From Candidatus Bathyarchaeota archaeon (GTDB lineage: Archaea > Thermoproteota > Bathyarchaeia > 40CM-2-53-6): a stretch of DNA of 64,000 bases. The notes below the pieces were generated by a model that did not search any database, was not told the DNA's origin, and saw only the letters and a list, made by a program, of their open reading frames with translations. The translations under genes and the position numbers were made by a program. The stretch covers positions 96,001-160,000 of the forward strand of contig CAVPLU010000012.1 of the NCBI GenBank assembly GCA_963706285.1, written 5' to 3'. Shown in pieces: positions 20,042 through 30,181 of this stretch. Positions within the stretch are counted from its first letter, which is position 1; each line of letters starts with the position of its first letter.

Positions 20042-20989
20042 CTAGGCAATGAGTTGGCTGGTAGACGAGGCGATCTGTATCGGCGCTTCGCCGCACAGTT
20101 GAGCGATCCTGTTCCAGTTATGTTCGACTTGCCTCCGCAATTCTTCAAGATCCTTGGTGAATTCTGGCGCGAACAGGTGCCTGAATCTGCCTTGGGGTTT
20201 GAGGAATTCCTCAAGCGGGATTGGTTTCGGTATTTTCATGCTGAGTTTGTACTTTCCATTTTCCACTTCGTAGAGAGGGAAGTACCCGGTCTGGACGGCT
20301 AGCCTGGCGAGCTTGATCGTCTCACTGGTCTCGAATCGCCATCCGAGAGGACATGGCGCCAGCACATGTATCACCGCTGGACCTTTGATCGCTGTAGCTC
20401 GCCGAACTTTGGTTATGTAATCGTTCCAATATGCAACGGAAGCCGTGGCGGCATATTCCACTCCATGTGCAACACAGATGCCGATGAGGTCCTTCTTCGC
20501 GTCTGTCTTGCCAGGGATCTTTGAGCCTGCGGGTGTGGTCGTTGTGGCTGCCCCATATGGTGTTGCGCCAGACCTCTGTATTCCGGTGTTCATGTATGCC
20601 TCATTGTCATAGCAGATGTAGGTGAAATCGTGCTTCCTCTCGAGAGCGCCCGACAGCGCTTGGATTCCAATATCAAATGTGCCTCCGTCTCCGCCAAACG
20701 CGACTATGTCAACCGCGTCGGCCTTTCCCTCTTTTTGTAGGGACGCTTCGATCCCCGACGCTACCGCAGAAGCGTTCTCAAAGAGTGTGTGAACCCAGGG
20801 CACCTTCCAGGCTGTGTCAGGATAGATTGTGGTCGCAACCTCAAGGCAACCGGTAGCGTTCACAATGATTGTGGGCTTCTGCAGGGCTTTTAGTGTGATG
20901 CGTGCCGTGGTTGCAGGACCGCAACCAGTGCACATTCTGTGGCCTGGACCGAAGGACTCTTGCGTTGAAAGCTCTTTCAGACTGACCAC
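20042..20989 (-). CDS. porB: Pyruvate/2-oxoacid:ferredoxin oxidoreductase beta subunit
   Basis: GHRMCTGCG, ATGCLEV, TPP motif GGDGGTFDIG...DNEAYMNTG. Confidence 0.95.
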   Translation of the reverse strand: MVSLKELSTQESFGPGHRMCTGCGPATTARITLKALQKPTIIVNATGCLEVATTIYPDTAWKVPWVHTLFENASAVASGIEASLQKEGKADAVDIVAFGGDGGTFDIGIQALSGALERKHDFTYICYDNEAYMNTGIQRSGATPYGAATTTTPAGSKIPGKTDAKKDLIGICVAHGVEYAATASVAYWNDYITKVRRATAIKGPAVIHVLAPCPLGWRFETSETIKLARLAVQTGYFPLYEVENGKYKLSMKIPKPIPLEEFLKPQGRFRHLFAPEFTKDLEELRRQVEHNWNRIAQLCGEAPIQIASSTSQLIA

Positions 20990-22183
20990 TAAGCTCGCAC
21001 TCCCATGAAGGTCACCGGATCGTCGATCTCAGCACCATTGGCCTGATGTAGCGCGGTTTCGAATATGCCTTCGATGTCGCTTGGTTTGATGTCTCTTCCG
21101 CCTAAACCGCATATGACGTTGAAGATCTTGGTCTGAATACCTGTAAGTACTTTGGTTGAGGCGATATCGCTGCATAACGCACCGTAAGGTGCCCCGAATG
21201 ATATGGCTCGGTCAATTACGCCGACGCTCTTCGCTTTTGACAGCACCTCGTGCAACTTCTTTTGTCGGGAAAGGTCTGTACTGCCAAAGCTTGACAACAC
21301 CGACACGCTTGCCTTTCTGCCTCATCTTTGCTGCAACAGCGCGAGCTGTTCCGGCGACGCTGCCCATGCATATCACCGCGGCATCGGCGTCTTCCATGTC
21401 GAAGGCGGATAGTTTTGAGTATTGTCTGCCCGAGATTTCTTGGAACTCATCTGCTACTGAAGCAATAACCGGCGGTGCGTTCTTCATTGCCTCGACTTGC
21501 TGTCGTTTGAACTCTGTATAGTAGTCAGGGAGCGTCAGCGGTCCGAAGGTCATTGGATTCGTCGTGTCCAGCTTATAGAGTGGGTTCCTCTTGCCGAGGA
21601 AGGCGCTGACTCTGTCATCTTCGAGTACGGCTACGCCTTCCATTGCATGAGAGATCGTGAATCCGTCTAGGTTCACGGTCACTGGAAGCGATACCTTGTG
21701 ATCTTCTGCGATCCTGAAAGCCTGGATAGTCCAGTCATATGCCTCTTGTGCGTTCTCCGCATATATCTGGATCCAGCCGCAGTCTCTGGAACCCATCATG
21801 TCTGAGTGGTCGTTGTGGATGTTGATAGGCGCGGAGAGTGCCCTGTTAGCAACCGCCATAACAATCGGCGTGCGCAAACCTGAAGCGAGGTAGAGCACCT
21901 CATGCATCAATGCCAGTCCTTGGCTCGATGTTGCCGTGAACACCCGTGATCCAACAAGGCTGGATCCAACGCATGCCGAGAGCGCTGAGTGCTCGGACTC
22001 AACGCAAACAAACCGAGTGTCAACTTCCCCGTTTGCCACATAGTCGCTGAATCGTTCAACCATTATCGTCTGAGGAGTTATCGGATAGGCGGCAACAACG
22101 TCAACTCGAGCTTGTTTGGCTGCAAAGGCAACAGCCTCATCGCCATTCATTCCGACGATCTTCTGAGAAATCGTCTTCGACAA
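20989..22183 (-). CDS. porA: 2-oxoacid:ferredoxin oxidoreductase alpha subunit (frameshift near 21250)
   Basis: AAYPITPQT, VESEHSA, TATSSQGL, C-terminal GLGGRDI. Confidence 0.94.
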
Positions 22184-22184
22184 C

Positions 22185-22472
22185 TCAGCTCTCCTCCATC
22201 ATCGTAATAGCTTTCATGGGACATTCGGTGGCGCAGATCCCGCATCCTTTGCAGTAATCATAGCTGAACTCGATTGTCTTCGGTCCGCGCAGGATCGCAG
22301 GTTCTGGGCAGTAGATCCAACATATCAGACAGTTTGTGCATTTTTTTGCATCCAAGGTCGGACGCTTGAGTCGCCAAGTTCCGGTCTTGTTTCGCTCAGC
22401 AGATCCGGGAGTCACAAGTACTGCGCCCATAGGCAGCGAACTCCATCCGGGCTTGTCTTCTGCTGCGCTCAT
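22185..22472 (-). CDS. porD: 2-oxoacid:ferredoxin oxidoreductase delta subunit (2x[4Fe-4S])
   Basis: TGTWR..RP, CTNCLICWIYCP, YCKGCGICATECP. Confidence 0.95.
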   Translation of the reverse strand: MSAAEDKPGWSSLPMGAVLVTPGSAERNKTGTWRLKRPTLDAKKCTNCLICWIYCPEPAILRGPKTIEFSYDYCKGCGICATECPMKAITMMEES

Positions 22473-22475
22473 TCC

Positions 22476-23024
22476 TCACTCCACCGTCTCATAGACACGC
22501 CGTATTAGCTCTACGTTCTTCTCTCCGAGGCTTCCCGAGAAACGATCCTTGATCGCCTTCTCAATCGAGCTTAAGGCTGCGAGTGGCGCAACCTTTGCGA
22601 GCGCACCCAGCATTGCAGTATTAACGATTGGCCGCCCAGCGATCTTCATCGCCAGATGTGTTGCGTCTATGGTTCGAACTTGGCTCTGGCTCAATGAGAG
22701 TGTTGAAGCCATCTCACTTGACCGCTTGGGAGAGTTCAGAACCACTTGCCCATTTTCTAACAGGCCCTTTGTGACTCTGACTGAAGCTAGGAGTGAGGAG
22801 TCGAGAACCACAACGAATCCCGGGTTGTAAATCTGGCTTCTTGTTTCTATTACCTCGTCGCTTATCCTCGTAAATCCAGAGATGGGAGCGCCAAGTCGCT
22901 CAGGCCCAAATTCCGGAAAGGCTTGGACATGTTTACCCTCAAGAAGGGCAGCCTGGGCAAGCAATCTGCTTGACGTGATCACGCCCTGCCCAGCCCGTCC
23001 ATGCCATCTTACCTCATGAAGCAA
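22476..23024 (-). CDS. porG: 2-oxoacid:ferredoxin oxidoreductase gamma subunit
   Basis: EVRWHGRAGQG, FPEFGPERLGAP, NTAMLGA. Confidence 0.95.
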   Translation of the reverse strand: MLHEVRWHGRAGQGVITSSRLLAQAALLEGKHVQAFPEFGPERLGAPISGFTRISDEVIETRSQIYNPGFVVVLDSSLLASVRVTKGLLENGQVVLNSPKRSSEMASTLSLSQSQVRTIDATHLAMKIAGRPIVNTAMLGALAKVAPLAALSSIEKAIKDRFSGSLGEKNVELIRRVYETVE

Positions 23025-23436
23025 TGAGAAATCTCCCGAAACTCTCGGGCGTGTACGCGAAAGCTACATATTAACAGCACGCAGGTCAATTTTCTATATA
23101 GGTTCGACAATTCGCTGTGAGTTCATTGTTAGAAGGGACGAGTTGAATCCTCTGGAAATCGCGCGTCCTATCGGATTCTTTCACGCGGAATCGGAGCATC
23201 TCACTCACGCCACGTGTTTTCGCGATGCAACTTGCCGATCTTGGAGGGCGACAGCGATGTCTGAGTTCAGCTTCTGAATGAGCACTTTCAAGTAGCTTTT
23301 CTTTGATTGACCGGCAAATGATTCCGTCAATCGACTTATCCTTTCATGTGGAGCACTAGATGCTTACATGTGATCTCTGCAACACGCGACAAAACTGAGA
23401 TATGCTGGGTCGCGACAGAACTTGGTCTGACAAGGC

Positions 23437-24144
23437 TTGACGTACTCCCCCATCATCGCAGTTCTCGTATCTGCATTGTTTGCGGCCATTTCCGATCTTG
23501 CTGGAGCTATACTCTTTCTGAAGTCGAGGTTTCGGTCTATTCAAACCAGGTACGCTGTAGGGTTTGCTTCTGGGATTCTGGTCTCCGCCGCATTCCTTGA
23601 ACTTATTCCGCAGGCTGATGTGTCGACAAACGCGCTAATCGTTCTCCTAGGCTTCTTCACATTCTACTTGGTCGAGAAGGCGATAATGCTCCACTCTTGC
23701 GGTGAAGCTGAGTGCGAAGCGCATACTGTAGACTGGATCTCTATCGTCGGAATGGCTTCTGACAACATTGTTGACGGAATAGGTATTGCGATCGGTTACG
23801 CGACAAATCCCTCCCTTGGTCTCGTGATCACTTTGGCAGTAATCGCTCACGAGATCCCTCAAGGCTTCACGACAGCAGCACTCGCAACCAGATCGGGATT
23901 TCGCGTGTGGCGAATCATAGTTTTTCTCCTTATTGCGGGTGCCATGTATCCAATCGGAGCTGCGCTGGCGTCACTCATACCGGCCAATTTCTACACCATG
24001 GCAATAGCATTTGTTGCAGGTGACTTCATCTACATAGGCGCGGGAGACCTTCTCGGGGAAGCCCATAAGAAGTTCAACGCAAGAGTGGTCATCTCAGTAG
24101 TTCTGGGCGGCCTAATCGCTGTAGCTCTCAACTTCCTCGGCTAG
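23437..24144 (+). CDS. ZIP family (ZupT/GufA) metal transporter
   Basis: FASGILV..AFLELIP, DNIVDGIGI, HEIPQG. Confidence 0.9.
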   Translation: MTYSPIIAVLVSALFAAISDLAGAILFLKSRFRSIQTRYAVGFASGILVSAAFLELIPQADVSTNALIVLLGFFTFYLVEKAIMLHSCGEAECEAHTVDWISIVGMASDNIVDGIGIAIGYATNPSLGLVITLAVIAHEIPQGFTTAALATRSGFRVWRIIVFLLIAGAMYPIGAALASLIPANFYTMAIAFVAGDFIYIGAGDLLGEAHKKFNARVVISVVLGGLIAVALNFLG

Positions 24145-24300
24145 AACTGGCTTGAGGTCAACCAAATCCTCTAGATCGAGACTCACGTTTTCTAGTCCAT
24201 CACGACGACTCGCTACTCGCATGCATTGTACCATTCGCGTGCCCACCGTGGCCGAAACTGTTATCGTGATTGGAGCTTGAGTATGCCCTAGAGGCCGAAA

Positions 24301-24876
24301 GTGATGACACAGAAGATGATTCTCTACCACGAATCCTCGGGCGATGCTAACACCGAGGCCACGCTCCTTGCCGCTAAAGACAGAGCTGCAGCATTGGGGA
24401 TTCGCGAGATTCTCGTGGCTTCAACGGTCGGCAAGACCGCTGTGAGAGCCTTGGAGATATTCAACGGATTCAGGCTGATCGTGGTGCGTCACCATACGGG
24501 TTTTCGGCGCCCTGGATCGCAAGAAATGACAAAACAGAACGAGGATATCCTAGTCAAATCGGGTGTACCGATGGTGACCGCAGGTCATGCTTTCTCAGGT
24601 GTCGAACGTGCAATGAGAATAAAGCGAGGCACAATAGGGCCTTTGGAACTCATGGCCGACACGCTCAGACTCTTCGGCGAGGGCACAAAAGTCTGCTTGG
24701 AGATCACTGTTATGGCTGCAGACGCGGGTGCGATTCAAGTGGATCAACCAGTGATCGCGATCGCAGGAACCGGCGAAGGAGCGGATACTGCATTAGTGGT
24801 TCAGCCTGCTCACTCGAACAACTTCTTTGACCTCTACGTGAAAGAGATCATAGCAAAGCCCTCAGCTCGAACATAG
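24301..24876 (+). CDS. Stand-alone pyruvate kinase C-terminal-like domain protein
   Basis: NTEATL, VASTVGKTA, HAFSGVER, FGEGTKVCLEITVMAADAG, GTGEGADTA. Confidence 0.85.
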   Translation: MMTQKMILYHESSGDANTEATLLAAKDRAAALGIREILVASTVGKTAVRALEIFNGFRLIVVRHHTGFRRPGSQEMTKQNEDILVKSGVPMVTAGHAFSGVERAMRIKRGTIGPLELMADTLRLFGEGTKVCLEITVMAADAGAIQVDQPVIAIAGTGEGADTALVVQPAHSNNFFDLYVKEIIAKPSART

Positions 24877-24947
24877 GGTCGAGGACACTGTCGGCACGTA
24901 CAATAGAGGTTAAGATCGCAGTATCATCTACTTATCTGGGGGTCCGA

Positions 24948-25292
24948 ATGCAGCTTCGTCAAATGCTGTGGGCTCCGCGTCGGGTTCCCGTATGCGTGTT
25001 CGAAAAGACTCGTGGGAATAGTCTGACCTCTGATCGTCGACTCATCTTCCTGGGAAGGATGACTGTCTCGCCTTTGCTATCCATCGGCGCTACAGGATAT
25101 TTCGCCTATCTGGCTAACTGGGGGCGATTCCGCTCGATCGTGCTATCTGAGCTGAAACGTATCATGTCAGCTGCGGGCCTTGACAACTCGTATCAGATAG
25201 AGAATTGGTTCATGGCTAAGGATCGTTTGATTATTCATGTCGCAAAGAACTCTCAAGAAAAATGCAAGCCAATCCAATCTACTATACAATAG
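24948..25292 (+). CDS. Hypothetical protein upstream of the transposase
   Basis: 114-aa ORF only; no recognisable motif. Confidence 0.35.
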   Translation: MQLRQMLWAPRRVPVCVFEKTRGNSLTSDRRLIFLGRMTVSPLLSIGATGYFAYLANWGRFRSIVLSELKRIMSAAGLDNSYQIENWFMAKDRLIIHVAKNSQEKCKPIQSTIQ

Positions 25293-25365
25293 GGGACGAC
25301 ATTGGCTGAGACGAAGATTCCTCGAGACTGCATTAGGGTAAGATCAATGATGGGCGTTCCATTTT

Positions 25366-26291
25366 TTGGAAACGATCAGCTCTCGTCCAAGACCTCTCGC
25401 TATCGTGCAAGTATTGTGGTTCAAGCTCGCTAGTCAAGCGCGGAAAACGACAGACAAAGCTCGGCGTGAAACTTCAGTATGAGTGTAAGGCGTGTGGACG
25501 ATGGTTCGTCCAGAACGGAACGCATCTTCCACGCGCACGAATAGATGAACGCTTACAAGGCATGGCTGTCGATCTCTATTTCAGCGGGTTCAGTGTTCGC
25601 AAGATCAAGCGGTTCCTAGAAGAATACTACCACGTCCACAGTCAGCCATGTTGCGATCTACAAGTGGCTTCGCAAATACAGCCAACTACTAGACAGACTA
25701 CACGCGCCAATTCAAGCCTACAACAGTCAGGCGTATGGAACGCGGACGAAATGATGGTCAAGGTTTCACATGAGAAGGTTGACCCAGTTAAGGCGCATAG
25801 AGGACGCTACTTCTACCTCTGGAATGTGGTGGACAACCAAACACGGTTCCTACTAGCAAACAAACTCAACGCTCAATCGTGGCTATCCAGAAGCACGAAG
25901 CGTATTCCAAGAAGCACGACAAGTTGCCCGACAAGCTCCAAGCGTCGTCATAACGGACGCGGCCAAAGCGTACGAGGGCGCATACGCTGAAAGCGTACCC
26001 GAACTTCGCAAGATCGTTCACCTAAGCCGATGCAGTCTACGATCAGGCCACAACGCAAGAATCGAACGGTTCCACGGCTCAGTCCGTGAACGCGAGAAAG
26101 TCATGCGATCACTGAAGCATCAGAAAAGCGGTCAAGAACTCCTAAACGCCTACCGAGTCTGGTACAACTACATTCCGACCACACATGAGCTTAGGCGGCC
26201 TAACGCCAGCACAAGCCGCAGAAATCCCACTAGACCTCGGACAAAGCAAGATGCTCAACCTAATCCGCAAAGCACGAGGACTAATCGCTAG
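25366..26291 (+). mobile_element. IS6-like DDE transposase with N-terminal zinc finger (multiple frameshifts)
   Basis: CKYCGS..VKRG...YECKACGRWF, HTH (AVDLYFSGFSVRKI), WNADEM, YLWNVVD..TRFLLA, VITD, NARIERFHGSVRER, YNYI..H.SLGGLTPAQAA. Confidence 0.85.
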
Positions 26292-26691
26292 ACATACGAA
26301 GAGTTTCTACTACGACACAGGGTCACTGCTGAAATATGGACATGGCTTGTGTGAGTGGCTGATCTCTTTCGGTCTCATAAGCATGTTTCCAAGTGTGCCG
26401 AGAAATCGGCCCGAATTGCTCGCATTCGACAACAGTCGGTGATGAAGGGAAGAGCTGTCGTGCAGGCAGCGACACGAGCTGTAGTATGCGACAGTCTACA
26501 AGTCATCAACGATGAAGGTGAGGAACGCTACGGATGGAGGAGCCTAGCGCATCCGCGAACAGCCTTGACAGAACACCGAAACCCGATTCAACTTACGTGA
26601 CAAAAGTTAACAGAACCTGATTCTTTACGCTCCAAGAAATTGGAGCCTGCCCAGATGCTTCCGTGGATTTCGCGCGTTGCCTGAGATTACC

Positions 26692-27054
26692 TCAGCCGGC
26701 CTTGGGGTTACTCTCCATGATTCCGAATGCGTTCCCTTCGGTGTCGACGCAGTAGCAGAAGTATCCTATGCCTGGGATGGCTGTTTTCGGTGTGACGGTT
26801 TTGCCCCCTGCCTCGATGATCTTCTTGGCGAATTCGTTGACCGATGTAACTTCGATCGTGTTGACTGTGGTCTTCTGAGTTTCCCTAGTCATGATCGCAC
26901 CGTTGATCCCCGGCTGGTTGTCTGGTCCCGTCGTGGCGAGCCAGTAATCGATCGGGCCCCATTTTTCGATCTTCCAGCCGAACACTCTCTCGTAGAACTT
27001 CACAGCTCGACCAGGATCGTCTGCGGGAATCTCGAAATGCACTACCCTAGGCAA
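26692..27054 (-). CDS. VOC/glyoxalase family protein
   Basis: VVHFEIPADD..RA.KFY..VFGW, GINGAI, DTEGNAFG. Confidence 0.92.
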   Translation of the reverse strand: MPRVVHFEIPADDPGRAVKFYERVFGWKIEKWGPIDYWLATTGPDNQPGINGAIMTRETQKTTVNTIEVTSVNEFAKKIIEAGGKTVTPKTAIPGIGYFCYCVDTEGNAFGIMESNPKAG

Positions 27055-27145
27055 AGAACTTGCACACTCATTGTTGACAACGTCCTTTCAGCTTCAAAAG
27101 CGTTGGGAGGTCCTTCTTGATGCAGGTCGCGGATCGATTATCCAA

Positions 27146-27276
27146 TATGGGGTAATTCAACGACTTCAATACGAGCTTCAGCACGTAGTCTTGATGTGTT
27201 AGTGCACCCGGGGGCCCATTTACCCCATTTGGGAATACTTATCCAGACAGACACCATTCTATACTATGGGGTAATT
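27146..27276. promoter_or_regulatory. Three copies of an ATGGGGTAA motif (putative operator sites)
   Basis: TATGGGGTAATT at 27146-27157 and 27265-27276; inverted ATTTACCCCAT at 27218-27228. Confidence 0.55.
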
Positions 27277-27712
27277 GTACGTGTCCATCCCTGAGACGAT
27301 CAAGGACAAGGAATACTGGGCCGAGTACATGAAAAAACATGGCTTCGCAACCCCCAAGATCGAGGCCGATCGCACCAGCATCGGCGACTTGAAAGTATTC
27401 TGCAGCATACTATTCCCATACAATCCAAGGAAGGCTGAGCTGGCAGAAGCGATCCTTCGAGAAATGAGCCGAGCTCGCCTCAGCAAAGTCGAACTGTACA
27501 AGGACCTGGCTCCAAAACTGATCCGAGAGAAGCATTGCTCTGCGAGAACGCTAAGCCAAACTTGGCAGTCGCTTCTAAGGAGCGGCCTCCTAAGCCGCGC
27601 AAGAAGAAATGAACCAGCACAACTAAGCGACAAGTTCTCTAACAGATTGGAAATGCTCGCACGCTATTGGCGCGAAAGGATCGTCGAAATACCCAAAGGA
27701 GAACTGGCCTAA
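27275..27712 (+). CDS. Putative winged-helix DNA-binding protein
   Basis: TLSQTWQSLLRSGLLSRARRNEPAQLSDKFSNRL resembles a recognition helix plus wing; GTG 27281 is an alternative start. Confidence 0.55.
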   Translation: MYVSIPETIKDKEYWAEYMKKHGFATPKIEADRTSIGDLKVFCSILFPYNPRKAELAEAILREMSRARLSKVELYKDLAPKLIREKHCSARTLSQTWQSLLRSGLLSRARRNEPAQLSDKFSNRLEMLARYWRERIVEIPKGELA

Positions 27713-27863
27713 TCCTCGAATCTTGACCTCATTGAACGCAACGCCATCCTCAGTGAATGTGCTCATGCCCCCAATGGGTTGCGGGCTCTCCGGCACGTTG
27801 GCCGTTGCGAAAACTCGGCAATCCAATTTTTTGGATTGTTTCTGAACAATCCAGTTTTTTGGA

Positions 27864-28286
27864 CTACGCGGTGTATCGATTGTCAGTCTTTGGAGCGGCT
27901 TGACTTGCAGCCGGACTGGGAAGGGGCGGCAACGGGGCCGGAATGCCAATCGTCTTTGAGATCAAAATCGCTTCCGCGATCGCCGTGCCTGAAATGGCTT
28001 GAATGACTTGCCCTGGAGGAGCTTTCTTCTCCTTCTGTTCCTGAAGGATCTTCTGCAGCTCATCCTTCTCGCCTTGGATCTTTGCGCGACCTTTGATGCT
28101 GATCTGCGCGATCGCAGGCGTGAAGTTAACAGTGAACACGAACGGCGACCGTAGGCTCCCGTCGCTCTGCTCTTCTATCCCAAGCACGTTGATGTTCACC
28201 CCTATCTGAATCTGCGACGGCAAGTCCTTCTCGACATCCCACAAACGCTCGCCTGTCATGTTCGTCACAAATACGTTGACCTTCAC
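27864..28286 (-). CDS. Archaeal hypothetical protein
   Basis: 140-aa ORF, beta-rich N-terminal half plus C-terminal helix and Pro-rich tail. Confidence 0.7.
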   Translation of the reverse strand: MKVNVFVTNMTGERLWDVEKDLPSQIQIGVNINVLGIEEQSDGSLRSPFVFTVNFTPAIAQISIKGRAKIQGEKDELQKILQEQKEKKAPPGQVIQAISGTAIAEAILISKTIGIPAPLPPLPSPAASQAAPKTDNRYTA

Positions 28287-28421
28287 CCTGCAAACCTCAA
28301 CCTACTACGCAGTCCCTCACGCCTCTTTAACCTTGTCAAACCACCCCTGTCACGACTCGGTTCGACTTGACAGAAAGCCTCAAGTCATGGTTTTATGCGT
28401 GCGTTCCATTTTCCTATCCAT

Positions 28422-28446
28422 ATTCCGTTCCGCTTTGGAACGGAAT
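28422..28446. repeat. Perfect 10-bp inverted repeat upstream of the AbrB-like gene
   Basis: ATTCCGTTCC-GCTTT-GGAACGGAAT, about 25 nt downstream of TTTTAT (28391). Confidence 0.7.
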
Positions 28447-28462
28447 GCACATCGACTGACAG

Positions 28463-28732
28463 ATGATCGAATTGCTGGAAGTTTTGGCAAATTACGTCGC
28501 GACGAGAAAAAGAGGAAGAAACGGAAAAGTGTACGAATCGCCGCGGATCTACCTTCCAACGAAGCTGACGTGTGATTCGGGCTTTCCGCTGGCTGGAAGG
28601 ATGACTAGAGTGAGAGTAAGGGTAGAGGGAAGGCGCCTGGTCGTAGAGAAGGCGTCAAAGAAGGATCTGAGGAGATTCGGCGAGTTGCCTGTCAAACGGA
28701 CCAAACGTAAGAAACGCAGGAAGAGGCGATAG
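28463..28732 (+). CDS. Small basic AbrB/SpoVT-like DNA-binding protein
   Basis: PRIYLPTKLTCDSGFP...VRVRVEGRRLVVEK; Lys/Arg tail. Confidence 0.65.
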   Translation: MIELLEVLANYVATRKRGRNGKVYESPRIYLPTKLTCDSGFPLAGRMTRVRVRVEGRRLVVEKASKKDLRRFGELPVKRTKRKKRRKRR

Positions 28733-29258
28733 TGCTCGTTACTTTGGGAGAGGATCGAGCGCGACCAGACTGATGGATACGTTCGAGGTAGCCCTCGCGG
28801 TCTATCTCCCCCGCCCTTATGCGCGTCGAGGAAATCGGCTCGAAGTCCTCAGCGACAACCATTCCGATAGAAAGTACCGGTAAAGGCCTGAGGCCACGCC
28901 GTCTCCTTATCGTGTTGATCCTGTCAGCTGTCTTCTTGGTCAGTCGGCTCACTATGAGCGCAGCAATTGTCGAGTCATTGATCGCGGGGCCGTACGGGTC
29001 GTCCAAGGGCACTATCTTTGCCCTATCAGCAAGCTGCTCCTTCTTGAGGAAGGAGATGAGTTCCCGTTTTCTTTTCGGGTAGGGATCCACTCGATGATTC
29101 TTGACGAGTCGTTTGACGAAACCGTTGCGGCTCAAGCCAATTAGGACTCGGTCGCCTGCTCGAAAAGCCGTTCTGAGGAGGATCTTGTGGCCCCTGTGAA
29201 GTGCATCGAAGGTTCCGCCAACGGCCACTTCTCGGAAAGGCGGCCTTTTTGAAGTCAG
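28692..29258 (-). CDS. coaD: Phosphopantetheine adenylyltransferase (archaeal)
   Basis: VAVGGTFDALHRGH, LDDPYGP, PISSTRIRAGEIDREG. Exact start uncertain; it abuts the pok stop. Confidence 0.92.
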   Translation of the reverse strand: MTSKRPPFREVAVGGTFDALHRGHKILLRTAFRAGDRVLIGLSRNGFVKRLVKNHRVDPYPKRKRELISFLKKEQLADRAKIVPLDDPYGPAINDSTIAALIVSRLTKKTADRINTIRRRRGLRPLPVLSIGMVVAEDFEPISSTRIRAGEIDREGYLERIHQSGRARSSPKVTSTIASSCVSYVWSV

Positions 29259-30181
29259 AGCAACCGAGCCCCTGCGAAGTCCAAGGAAGACGAGAATGCT
29301 TGCACTCTGGGAAAGCGTTTTTTGACGGCTGCCAAGACCCTGCCTGCCAAATCCTCGATGGCAATCGCGTGAACTGCTTGTCCCAGCATGTTCTGGGTTG
29401 CACCGATTGCTCCAGCGTCCTCCATCACCTCTATGAGTTGGGCAGTCTGAGGCGACATCAAGCCCAATCCATAGGCAAATTCCTTTGAGGCAGTCATGAA
29501 GTTGGATGGTCGAAGATCTCTCACGATCGATTGAAAGGCCTCCTTGCCCAACGCATTGACTTTCTTCCTCAGATCTCTTGATCGTAGGGCTTCCTTGGTC
29601 GGTATTGGACCAACACATGCGGAGACAACTTTCAGATCAGGCGGGACTGATACTCTGTCAATCACAGCAATACCGGGACCTCCACTCTTCCGAGTAATGA
29701 CAAAACCCCCCGTGAGGATTGGACCTACAGTTCCCAAGCCCGTTCCGTTAGCGATCTCTGCTCCATGCACTATTCGTCCAATCTCGTTGACGGACATTCC
29801 AAGATCTGCACCTTCAGCGAACGCAAGAGCTGCTGACATAGAACCCGCAGCGCTGGCTCCGTAGCCTGCGCCAATCGGAACACGTACATCGTGCTCGACG
29901 ATGACTTCGTACTTCTCTCCCGAGACCTGAAGAAGTCTTGAGATCGCTGAAATGGTAGTCCTCGCTTCCTTGGCAAGCCGCTTGTTGATTCGAACAGAAA
30001 TCTGCGATGTGTTTGCGTGCTTCAGTCGCACACGTGTTAGCACGCCTCTGGATATCACCAACCCGCCACCTCGGGCGCCGGCGTATGAAGGATCTTTGAA
30101 GGGGCGCCCGTCGGGCCGCTTGTCGCGAATCTCGAAGAAGCTGCTGATCCCCGCAGGTGAGAACGCAGATGTCTCATGCAT
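29255..30181 (-). CDS. pok: Pantoate kinase (GHMP family)
   Basis: AFSPAGISSFF, PIGAGYGASAAG, AEIANGTGLGTV, QNMLG. Confidence 0.92.
   Translation of the reverse strand: MHETSAFSPAGISSFFEIRDKRPDGRPFKDPSYAGARGGGLVISRGVLTRVRLKHANTSQISVRINKRLAKEARTTISAISRLLQVSGEKYEVIVEHDVRVPIGAGYGASAAGSMSAALAFAEGADLGMSVNEIGRIVHGAEIANGTGLGTVGPILTGGFVITRKSGGPGIAVIDRVSVPPDLKVVSACVGPIPTKEALRSRDLRKKVNALGKEAFQSIVRDLRPSNFMTASKEFAYGLGLMSPQTAQLIEVMEDAGAIGATQNMLGQAVHAIAIEDLAGRVLAAVKKRFPRVQAFSSSLDFAGARLL

Noticed and set aside
29259-29618. Long N-terminal extension of coaD in the ORF track
   Set aside because: It overlaps pok in another frame; homology starts near 29258.
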